From Eledone cirrhosa (Eukaryota), in contig OZ024742.1 of NCBI GenBank assembly GCA_964016885.1, forward strand, positions 170,190,001-170,254,000: DNA of 64,000 nt. Direction: 5' to 3'. Numbering within the stretch: position 1 is the first letter of the stretch; every line of letters starts with the position of its first letter. The notes below the pieces were generated by a model, which was not told where the DNA came from, did no database searches, and worked only from the letters and a program-made list of their open reading frames with translations. The translations under genes and the position numbers were made by a program. Shown piece by piece: positions 53,263 through 64,000 of this stretch.

Positions 53263-56200
53263 AAACTATGGAGATTGATATGAAAATGAAATGAATTTCA
53301 CAGCTCACATTTATGCAGGTTTAGCTGGCACCCTACAAAGTTCTGTGTCATAGGAGGTTTCTTGGGTATTTTAATGATAGGATCCCCAGTCACATCATGT
53401 TGTTGTTACAGCTAACACTTATGTAGGTTTAATTGGCCTTTTACAAAGTTGCATCTCATTGGAGGTTTCTTGGGTGTTTTAAAGATTTCAGCCTCTATCA
53501 TATGTATTATGATGACTCAGTCTAAAATTAACCCTTTTGTCACCATATTTGTAATGAAAGACGTTACTTATGATTTTCATGTAATTTTGAAAATATTCAA
53601 GGATTTTTTTTATTAATCTGGTGTTTGGAACATAACAAAGTTTTTTTACATTAAATTATAATAGGTTTTTATATAAATATAAAACACTTTAACCTTTTCA
53701 TTACCATATTTCTAATGAAAGACACTGCCTGTTATTTTAAAATAATTTTGAAAATATAAAAAAAATGATTAACCTGGTATTTGGAACATAAAGCTTCTTA
53801 CATAAAATTATGATGGAATATTTATAGATAGATATAAACATTTTAAAATAACCGCTTTGTATCATAGAATCAAAGGTGATTTCATGTGGTTTGGCATCAA
53901 AGGGGATAAATACTGTGTTTTTTTTTTTTTATGACATAGCACAAGTATTACAGTTTAACCCCTTCATTTTTCCTAGCCCTTTTGATGCCAAATGACTCCT
54001 GGTTTTACTATATATACTAAGCAGTTTGTTTTGAAGTGTTTATATTTATCTAAAAACCGTCCATCATAATTTTATCAAAGAACCTTTGTTGTGTTATAAA
54101 CATCAGCATAATGAGAAATATTACTACATCTATTCAAATTCTTGATAATTTTCAAAATGATTTGAAAATCACAGGCAGTGTCTTTTATTAGAGATATGGT
54201 AATGAAAAGGTTGAGTACCTCTACATGCAATAGTTTTGCTATTTAGATAAGATTGGGGTAATGGGAATGATTTCTTCATATTCTATCATTGAAACAAACA
54301 TTACCAGAGAGAGAGAAAGTGAGTGAGAGAGAGAGAGACTGACTATCTAGGTGAAAAAGTATCTTCTGTTTCTATATTTTAAATTAACCCTTTCATTAAC
54401 ATATTTCTAATGAAAGACACTTCATATGGTTTTGAAAATAACCAAAACTTTGAAGGAATTTAACAATATAACCAACTTTCTCATTATTAAGATAGTGTTA
54501 GGTGGGTAACATTATTTAACAAATGTTCTTAAATAAAATTATGATGGTCTGGTCTCAAAAGGGTAAAATGTTATATGAACTCTTTTGATACCAAATCACC
54601 TGAAACTGCCTTGGTTCTATGATACAAAACTGTCTGTTTAAGATGTTCATATTCAAATTAAAACCTTCCATTATAATTTTAAGTAAGAACTTATTAACTC
54701 TTACCCATCCTGGACTGGATCAAACCACATTAGCAAGACATTCTTGACTGCATCACATTAAAAATTAAATTCTTTACTCTGATACTTCAGATGTTCACAA
54801 CAATCTGTCTACAAGCAAAGCTACTATAAACATTACTACCAGGGAAAACATGTAAACTGGTGATGATGATTTGGTTTAACAAACTGGCTTTTAGATATTT
54901 ACTTTTAAATTGTTACAATGTGTTAAGAGTTAAATAACATTCCAAACATCAACTTGATAATGAAAAAGTTAGTTATTTTATTAAATTTCAACAAAGTTTC
55001 CATTAATTTCAAAATTAATTGAAACACATTTATAGTATATTTCAGTAGAAATAAAGTAATGCAAAGAACTACGAAGTTGAAAATTGTATGTAAAATGCAT
55101 CGAAATTTTCTGAACTGTTCCAGCAGTGTCTGGTTGAAAAGTTAGATATAAAAATGTTAAATGTCACTGAAGTTGCTGATCATTGAATATTTTATTTTTA
55201 CTGTTGTGAAGTGAATAAATAAAAAAACAGAAAGGAATAAAAAATAAAATAAAAATATATATTAAACAAAAAACCAAAACCCCCAAACCCTCAAAAGATA
55301 GAATTAGTGGATGCCACACTGAAGACATTAAATAATTCTTCCAAATTTGACTGGAAAAACTGATTAAGTGGAATCTTTATTACCGTTTTCCTGTGTGTTT
55401 TCCTGTAATGACACGACTTAGACAGGATATAGTTTTAGCAGAAAGTTAACAGGGAATTGGGTTGACTAGCTGGATGTACATACATACAGTTTTCAGTTTA
55501 TTATAGTTGTTAACTTCTTTATTATTATTGTTGTTGTGTAAGCATAAAGTTAGTGCTACAGTGTACTTTTGTTGTAATTATATTGTAGTCGGGTTAAAAA
55601 CATTACGGCTTATTTTGTCAACTCTTATTAGTTGTTTGTAGTTTTAAAATGATATTTTTGTGTCTGGTCTCTTGCCATCCTCATTGCTGAAGGTCAAAGG
55701 ACCATGGACAATTGGACCCATGCTATCTATACAATGCTGTATATCCATTTTCATCAGGAAAAAGTGACGTTGTTGGGTCCCAAATCCTTGTCTGATCATT
55801 ACTCAGAAGCAGGTTATTGAGCTACAGCTCATCTGCCTTCATCACTAGGATGAAGCAGTAGGCCACTTGAAAGGTTGTCACCAAAGTAGCTAAGGAGTCC
55901 CATTTACTCTAGTTTTGAAATCAGAGTGATCCTTCTCCTAGACAGACTGCCAACCAAGGATAATGAACTTTATCTACTGGCATGTTTTTACACACTGTTT
56001 TGTAGTGCTGGATACAATGAGTTTTTCATAGCATATGTTTTTTCATCATCACTCATCCACTTTCCATGCTGGTATGAGTTGGAAAGTTGTTATGGTCCAG
56101 GCCAGTTCTCATTTTAAGAGCAAGTTTTAAATTTAAATAAAATATGATAAACTGGAGAGTTTTGTAACATAAACTGGCCAGTTTTGTAACAGCTAGATTT

Positions 56201-57759
56201 TACTAAATTAATGTCAAAAGCAAATTCTTTAATTTTCCAACTAGAATTTTTCTCAGTGCCCCCCCCCCCCCCCATCCCCATTTAAAAAAAAAAAATTTCT
56301 TTCGACAAAATCTTTCAACAGCCTCCTGACTTTCTGACTTCACTTTTCTTATGTTCACAGCTCTGGCTTCTCTTTGTCTTGTTGTTTTTATTGTTGTTTA
56401 AGATTATTTTCCAAACACAGGTTGACCTTTCATCTTCTCTAATCTTATCTTTCCTAACATACACTTCCTTTTTTCTCTCTGACAACTGTTTCTTTTGTGA
56501 AATTCTGAAAAAAATCGCATCGACATTTAGAAAATTCTCTTTTGATGTCTCATGAATCTGTTTACTCACCACTACAATTTTTTACACTGTACTCTCTACC
56601 ACACTGTACTCTGTTACACTCCACTCTCTGTTACACTCCACTCTCTGTTACACTCCACTCTCTGTTACATTATCCTCTCTGTTACACTATCCTGTTACAT
56701 TGTCCTCCCTGATACACTGTACTCCCTGTTACAATGTATTTTATAAAGATCGCCATCACTTAGTTGTTTTAAAGCATTTGTTTAAAAACCAGTAGGCAGT
56801 GAATTGGCAGACTTGTTAGAATGTTGGATTAAATGCCCCAGTATTTGTTTCAGTTCTTTGCATTCAGAGTTCAAATCCTACCAATATCAACTTTCCCTTT
56901 CATCTGCTCAGGATTGATAAACTACCACTCCAAAGATAGTGGGTTGGTAGAATTGTTAAGGAGTCAGATGGGATGCTTTCTGGCATCTGTACCAGCTCTA
57001 CATTCTGAATTCAAATCCTGCCTACTGTCACTGGAAATAGTGAGATTTCTGTTAGGAGTTGTAACCAGCAGATAGTATCAGCAATTGAAGACCAATGGAA
57101 GCATAGCTTCTTGGTCTGATCTGGCAATCAGTTCCTTTTCTTTTGTTGTTCATAACTTTTTAATTTTTCATTCAGGTATATTGAAAAGTAATTAGGATTT
57201 TACTAACAGTTTCAGAGTCTGTATTTGTTTCTGAATTTTATTTTATTGATTCCACTTTTTTTTTTCACTAACTAAATTCTATCTTGGTGTCCTTTCTTAT
57301 CTAGATTTTACTTTGAAGCTATAATGTCATCTTGGGAATGACTTGTATAAATTCTTTTACTATACCAAAGAGATATGCTGTTAAACTATAGATATTCTTT
57401 CACTGTACCAAAGAGATATGCTGTTAAACTATAGCAATTCTTTCAATACTATTGAAATGGAGTTGACCACGTGTAGGGATGAGCCCTGTGTGCTGGAATG
57501 GCTATTTTAATGCATCTCCCTCACTATTCTGTCTGATGTGGGCATGGGATGTGGCAGCTGGGATTCTGCACATCAGAGAACATTCACCCACATTGTTCAT
57601 ATATATATCATATATAATAGTGGTTGCAATGGAGATGGTCTGGGAATTCTTGTTTTACAAGCTGGAAAACAAGAATGTTCTTTACAGTAAAGTTTTTCTC
57701 AGTGTTTGTTGAAAATATGAAATTTTAATTTGTAGCAAATAAAACTGTGTTTGGCTTGT

Positions 57760-58162
57760 GCTAGAGAATAGTTCACTGCACCACAAAGGTATGGTATTAT
57801 GCTAGAGAATTTACTGTACCACAATGGTATGGTATTATGCTAGAGAATTTACTGTACCACAATGGTATGGTATTATGCTAGAGAATTTACTGTACCACAA
57901 TGGTATGGTATTATGCTAGAGAATTTACTGTACCAAATGCTAGAGAATTTCTTTTCCCACAGAGGAATGGTATTTTACTAGAGAATTCAGTGAACCACAA
58001 AGATGTGGTATACTATAGAGTTCATTGAACTACATAGATGTGGTATTATACTAGAGAGTTCAGTGTATCACAGAGATATGGTGTTATACTAGTGAGTTCC
58101 CTGTGCTACAGAGATATGGTTATACTAGAGAGTTCACTGCACCACAGAGTATTAACTAGAGA
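57760..58162. repeat. 38-bp minisatellite
   Basis: GCTAGAGAATTTACTGTACCACAATGGTATGGTATTAT at 57801, 57839, 57877 with decayed flanking copies. Confidence 0.9.
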
Positions 58163-58169
58163 TATTCTT

Positions 58170-58395
58170 GTCTCTGTTGAATCCTGTCGGAATTGTGAAA
58201 AGAAATGGATTGAGATGGTTGGGTCATGTGTTGAAGAAAGATGAAAGTGACAGGGTGAGAGGAATATGGAAGGAAATAAAGGGAGGGCAAGACAGAGAAA
58301 GATATCGCTAAAGATGATAGATGGGGAAATGAAAGTCGGAGTGTTGGTGAGAGCTGGAGGATGCAGATGATAGGGAAAGGTGAAGTTTGACATGG
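58170..58395 (+). mobile_element. Decayed RTE-like C-terminal fragment
   Basis: RNGLRWLGHVLKKDE...GRARQR. Confidence 0.5.
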
Positions 58396-59006
58396 GGCCT
58401 GCAAAACTGGCACTTTAGCAATGAAAAATAACCTTAAAATTATGGTTGTTTTTGTAGCTCTCTGTAAAGATATTTGAGTAAAGTTGAGTGAGGTACTAAT
58501 CACTTAACACATACAGCTTCAACATTTTCTCAATCCAGCTTTGACTCACCTAACATATTCAGAGTGAGAAAGTGGAATGTATGCGTTTGTAGCCATTTGT
58601 TTCTTGTAGAATCACGAAATATTCTCAGCAGAGAATTTCAGACATTTTTTTATGCTGTGTGTTTTATATTTGTAAAAAAAAAAATAATCAGATAATCCAC
58701 CATAGCATTTTGTTTACATCCTAATATCCTGTAATGATTTAGCAGAACACATCTAAAAACAGGTTTGTTAATTTAAATGTTTATAGATCATTGAGAAAAT
58801 TTGTAATATTACAGTAAGGTCTTTCAATATTAGAGAAACAACCTTAACTTTTAATGTGATGCATAATGTAAGGTCTTTCATTTTTAATGTGATGACTGCA
58901 TCATATTTTATGTGATTTGTTAGTTTAATTGTTTATAGTAACTTTACTAGTGTACAGATCTTTGTCTAATTAGAGTAACAAACCTTAATTTTTAATGTGA
59001 AGCATA

Positions 59007-59192
59007 ATTTTTAATTGTTTATATTTTTGGCACAAGGCCAGCAATTACCTTACTGCATTGGTAGTGATTTATTTTATCAACCCCGTAAGGATGAAAGGCA
59101 AAGTTAACCTCGGCGGGATCTGAACTCAGAACGTAAAGGGCCATAACTCTGCTGCAAAGCATGGCGTCTGATGCTCTACTGATACTGCCAAT
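59007..59192 (-). mobile_element. SINE copy
   Basis: Same family as 11729-11913. Confidence 0.82.
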
Positions 59193-59924
59193 ATAACTTT
59201 TAATGTGATGTAGTCATAGTTTGATTTTATACTTTTTTTAACTATCCCTCTGCTAATGTGGTTTCTTACACTTAATGTTTATATTGTACTTCACTGCCAT
59301 CTGTTGAGGTTAAATATACTCAAAATAAGATTACAAATTATACAATCCATTGAAATTAACTTGGACAGGTGTAATATAACAAGAGAAAGAAATGTTTCAT
59401 GATTCGTGATTCTCCCTGACAAAATTATAAACTAATAATGAAACAGTTGCCAGAATTTCCAATGTTGTTGATATTTCACTCAGATTAAAATAGATCTTTT
59501 CCCTTCCTTTACACCAGTCTTCTCACATCAACTATAGCAAGAGTCTTGCCTTTCTTTTTAGCTGGTCCCATTTGGCATTAATGTTTGCCCCCCCTTGTGG
59601 TTTTTGAAATGATCTTTGTTGATCAGAGTAGTTAGAGAATATTGCTGAGATCTGTTTTAAATGATGCTCATGAAAGTAATATTTCAAACACCTGCTTAAT
59701 AGTGCATAAGTTATTTTACTAAATTCCTCCATATTCTTGATCTTTTATCTTTTTTTTTTTAAATTATTTAAAAAGTGTATTACATTAGAAATATGGTAAA
59801 TTATTTTGATACGAAACTGCTTAAAACTACCTCTAACTCTATGATACTATACTGTTTATATTTATCTAAAAACCTTCCAACATGTAAGAATCTTTCGATA
59901 GGTTTCAAACACCAGCTTAATAAT

Positions 59925-60103
59925 TGTTTCTACTTTTGGCACAAGGCCAGCAATTACCCAGTGCATTAGTGGTACTTTATTTTATCGACCCCGTAAGGAT
60001 GAAAGGCAAAGTTAACCTCGGCGGGATTTGAAGACAAAATGGCAAGGGACGCAACTCTATGCGTCAAAGCATGGCGTCCGACCCTCTACCGATACTGCCA
60101 ATC
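59925..60103 (-). mobile_element. Young SINE with TSD, inserted in a MITE-like repeat
   Basis: TSD CACCAGCTTAATAAT at 59910-59924 and 60104-60118. Confidence 0.9.
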
Positions 60104-60354
60104 CACCAGCTTAATAATGAAAGTGTTAGTTATATTATTAAATATCTTCAAATCTTTGACTTTTTATATAATTTTGAAAAAGAAAAAAATCATAGACATT
60201 ATCATCATCATCATCATCATCATCATCATCGTTTAACGTCCATCTTCCACGCTTGCATGGGTTTGGACGGCAGTGTATTTCATTAGAAACATTGTAATGT
60301 ATTGCTGCTAGTTCATGTATTGATACTATGCTATATGTAACTTCCACTCCTGCC

Positions 60355-60828
60355 CATTATACCCACTGGCATGTAGGGCAACAGTGAAGGTCCTCCTTTC
60401 CTTTTTTGTCCTGAGCCAGCTTCAAGTTGGTGCCCCATGTGTGTTGTCAGGTCTTCTTCCCTCCCTCAAGTGTTCTGCACCAGTGTTTTTTGGCCTTCCA
60501 TGTTTTCGCTTGACTTCTGGTGTCCAGTGAAGGGCTGTTCTAGGGATGCTATCTTGCTCTCTTCAGAGAACATGCCCTATCCTCTTCCATCTTCTTCTGA
60601 AGATTGCTGACATATTCTCCTGTTAGCATCTACCCATCAATTCTTCATTGGAGATCTTTTCAGGCCAAAAAATTCTTTGTGTAAAAGACTGACATGTTCG
60701 TCCGGTCATTCTCTGTTGTTCTCCAGTATACTGAGCTGTACATAAGGGTGAAAAGATCACAGCTCTGATATATTTTCAATTTGGTCTTTTTGTTGTATTG
60801 TTGAGATCTCCATACATCGTTGAGCAAC
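60355..60828 (-). mobile_element. Decayed RTE-like LINE 3' fragment
   Basis: Minus strand RRWKRIGHVL...ALHWTPEVKRKHGRPKN; TKLKIYQSC. Confidence 0.75.
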
Positions 60829-60873
60829 TGTATGTAAGCATGTGTGAATTGGAATACAGTGGTGATTGAACAT

Positions 60874-61034
60874 TTTGAAAATAGAATTAGAAGCTTTCAC
60901 TGTTTATTGACTACTGAAAATAGTCTATTAGGGTATGTGAACCCTGCAGAACAGAAAAAATGGTTCATATGCCCTAATATTAGACTATTTTCTGTAGTAA
61001 ATATATAGTGGAAGATTCTAATTCTATTTTCAAA
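60874..61034. repeat. ~160-bp imperfect inverted repeat (fold-back MITE-like)
   Basis: TTTGAAAATAGAATTAGAA/TTCTAATTCTATTTTCAAA, GAAAATAGTCTA/TAGACTATTTTC, TTAGGGTATGTGAACC/GGTTCATATGCCCTAA. Confidence 0.85.
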
Positions 61035-61808
61035 TTTATTGTGTATATTTTAAAGTGTTTATATTTATCCGAAAACCTTCCATTATAATTTTAGGTAAAA
61101 TCCTTTGTTAGGCTATGTTCAAAACATCAACATAATAATGAAAAAATAAGTTATTTTACAAAATTCCTCCAAATTCTTGACATTAAATAAAAAAACTGTT
61201 TGTCCTTTTCATGTTAACATAATTAAACTTGTTAGTTTAGTTTTATGAAGATACTTTAGAACTAGTTTAAATCAAATACTGTACAACCTTCTACCCTTTC
61301 TAAACTCAAATTTCATCTACAGGTGTGTGTATGTTGTATATGTGTGTGCTTGAATCATCCACAGAGGTGTGTATGTATGTGATTGAATCATAGACAATAT
61401 AAACTATCTTTTCCTTCTTTTAATATTATATAATTTCCTGTTGTGGTACAATGTTTCTTTAGTTACATTCATAAGTAACATCAACCACCCACACTTTAAT
61501 ATAAGATGGAAGTCTCAGTTTCTGCCAAGATATCTATTTTCCCTACCCACACTATAATATGACGGAAGCCTTGGTTTCCACCAGGCTATCAGTCTTCCTC
61601 TATGTTATTTGAACCATATTATTCATATAACTGTATGTAATCTGCAACAGTTCTCATTGGAGGTGTTTTTATAGAAACTAAAACTATGCAACATTGCTGA
61701 ATGGTTTAAGAAGTTGACTTCATAATCACAAGCTCCTGGGTTCAATCCAACTATGTGACATTTTTACCATAGCTTTAGGTTGACCCAAGTGAAATTGAGC
61801 TGGTTTAA

Positions 61809-62015
61809 CCTTTTAGCATTTATATTACTCTATATATACTATTGTATTTTTGCAGTAAAGGCTTTATCTAACATAATATTGAATCTATGTGATCTTGATA
61901 TTATTTATTTTGAGAACAATACCTTAACATCAGTATGAGTGGCCGGTTACAGCCAGTTTAAAGAGAAAGAGTTGAGAGAATTCTGGTCAGATAGGTTGGT
62001 TTAAATACTAAAGGG
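61809..62015. mobile_element. piggyBac-type MITE
   Basis: TTAA flanks; reverse-oriented relative of 11319-11526. Confidence 0.7.
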
Positions 62016-62448
62016 TTAAACTATAGAAGTTAATGCTCCCTCTAATATTTTACAATTACTTACTGGAATGTTTGATGTTTTGAGGAAAAATATTTTAGAT
62101 TTAAAGTTATTGCATAGCAACATTTCTAATCTATTGAACAATATTTTAAAGCTATTGAGCAACAATATTTTGATGTGTGCAGCACCAATACAGTGACTGC
62201 ATGACTACATATATGTGCAGCTTAGAGGGAATGATGGTGGAAATGCATTGGGTGGACTGTACCTGTAATTCAAAGATCTGACCTTGTCTCATTGATTCTG
62301 CCTGAAGGTTACAAGGGTACATGAGTCTGTGGAATATTCAGCCATTTATATAAGATGGAAGTAGTTCAGTTGATTAAACAACCAGATACACATGGTTGAA
62401 ACTGATGGAGATCCATTTACTTTACAGCTAAGTATTGGGTTTTGTGAG

Positions 62449-62978
62449 GGGGTGTAGCCCAGTGGTTAGGGTGATTGGCTCTAGATAATATGGTCATGGT
62501 TTTGATTCTTGGACTGGGTGGTGTGTTGTGTTCTTGAACAAGACGTTTGTTACTTTGCATGTTGCATTTCATTAAAATACCAAAGAAACCTCCGATCAGA
62601 TACTTTGTAGGTGGACAGCTAAACTTGCACAGGTGTTAGCTGTAACAACATGATAGGGCTGGAGCCCCCCTCCCTGATATTAAAACATCCAAGAAACTTC
62701 CTATGAGATACAACCAAGTAGAAAGCTAGCTAAACACCTATACAGGCGTGAGCTCTAAATTTCATGATAGGGCTGGGTCTCCTGTAATTAAAACACCCAA
62801 GAAACTTCCTATGAGATACAACCTTATAGGAGGATAGCTAAATCTACATAGGTGGGAACAGTAACACAACATGATCGGACTGGGGCTCCTATCATTAAAA
62901 CACCCAAGAAACCTCCTTTGAGATACAACCTTGTAGGAGGCCAGCCAAACTTACATAGGTGTGGACTGTGAATTTCAT
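62449..62978 (+). mobile_element. tRNA-headed SINE-like element with tandem ~105-bp tail units
   Basis: Head GGTGTAGCCCAGTGGTTAGGG followed by about 4 units. Confidence 0.65.
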
Positions 62979-63405
62979 TCAAAATATTATTTCAGTACTG
63001 GTTTGCTAGTTAGTATGCATTTAGATCAATAGATAAATGTATAATTCTAATATCAAATCTAATTAATATTATTGCTTAATACATAGGGATTAATGTTATT
63101 TATTAGTTAAGAGAAGTAAACGTGATTTTTCAACAATGATAAAGATTAAGAGAGTAAATTTTTCTCCGAATATTTCTGGAATGCAGTCATTTGTTTCATT
63201 TTTTGGTGTTAAAAAACTCTGTTCATAAAAATATAGCAAATATTGGCAGAAAAATGTTATTTGATTTATGAGAACATTGAACTGTAGTTGTTTTAAGTGT
63301 ATTTAGGGTGTTAGTCTCTTTAGAAACTATTGATAATGTTTTACATCCCATTCCTAACCAGTTAGAAATTCGTTCATGAATAATTTGGTAAGATTTTAAT
63401 ATGAA

Positions 63406-63913
63406 GATGTATGGCCTAGTGGTTATGGTATTGGACTCATGATCATAAAGTGGGTTTGATTCTTGAACTGAGCAATGCATTGTGGTCTGAAGCAAGACAC
63501 GTTTCATGCTGCTTTTAATGATAGGACTGGAGTCCATATCATTGAAATGTATAAGAAATCTATGAGATGCAACCTCTGTAGGAGGCCAGCTAAACCTGCA
63601 TAGGGGTTAGCCGTGACAACATAAGACTGGGATCTCTATCATTAAAACACATGAAATACCTATGAGAAACAACCTTTGTAGGTTAACTAAACTTACATAG
63701 ATGTGAGCTACAACATAATAGGGCAGAGGTCCTATCATTAAAACATCCCAGAAAGCTTCTATGAGATGCAACTTCTGTAGGTCAGTTAAACTTATATAGA
63801 TGTGACCTACAACATCATGATAGGACAGAGGTCCCTATCATTAAAACACATGAGAAACCTGAGATACAACTTCTGTAGATCAGCTAAAGTTACATAGATG
63901 TGAGCTACAACAT
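63406..63913 (+). mobile_element. tRNA-headed SINE-like element with tandem ~105-bp tail units
   Basis: Head GATGTATGGCCTAGTGGTTATGG followed by about 4 units. Confidence 0.65.
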
Positions 63914-64000
63914 GCAAAACATTTCTGATAGTTTTTTTTCTTTCTTCTTTTCTAGATCTGAAACAACCTAGTAGTTTCATATTTAGAGTTATGACTAATC

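Noticed and set aside
13029-55760. Other CTGANGA matches (about 13030, 13173, 21034, 33838, 37990, 48578, 55320 and reverse-strand hits)
   Set aside because: On manual inspection no stem II followed by GAAA and NUH with a closing stem I
63930-64000. Strong splice acceptor TTTCTTTTCTAG at 63955 as next kinase exon
   Set aside because: A phase-0 join reads ATC TGA (immediate stop); cannot be supported as coding and is cut by the window edge

Overview
AT-rich, repeat-dense eukaryotic DNA, most consistent with an octopus (coleoid cephalopod) genome. This is inferred from the long (TA)n/(CA)n tracts, RTE-clade LINEs with (GAT)n tails and abundant tRNA-derived SINEs. Nearly all ORFs in the track are microsatellite artefacts. 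Only one host coding exon is recognisable: 36095-36401 (+), encoding the N-terminal SAM domain of an Ack-like/PR2 (TNK2-family) tyrosine kinase. The rest is probably its introns and upstream region. Transposable elements include a 5'-truncated RTE LINE with an open frame (7505-10380, -), a Penelope-like GIY-YIG fragment (2593-3210, +), a decayed mariner, non-autonomous Helitrons nested in a hAT MITE, piggyBac-type MITEs and many SINEs. The most interesting signal is a set of type I hammerhead ribozyme motifs with a self-complementary helix III (993-1073, 6595-6661/6818-6884, 28437-28560/28559-28682, and a decayed candidate at 29491-29555). Two of these loci are long inverted repeats carrying a ribozyme on each strand. 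One of them shares its terminal ~95 bp with the Penelope-like fragment. This points to a microsatellite-associated Penelope/ribozyme fold-back element system.
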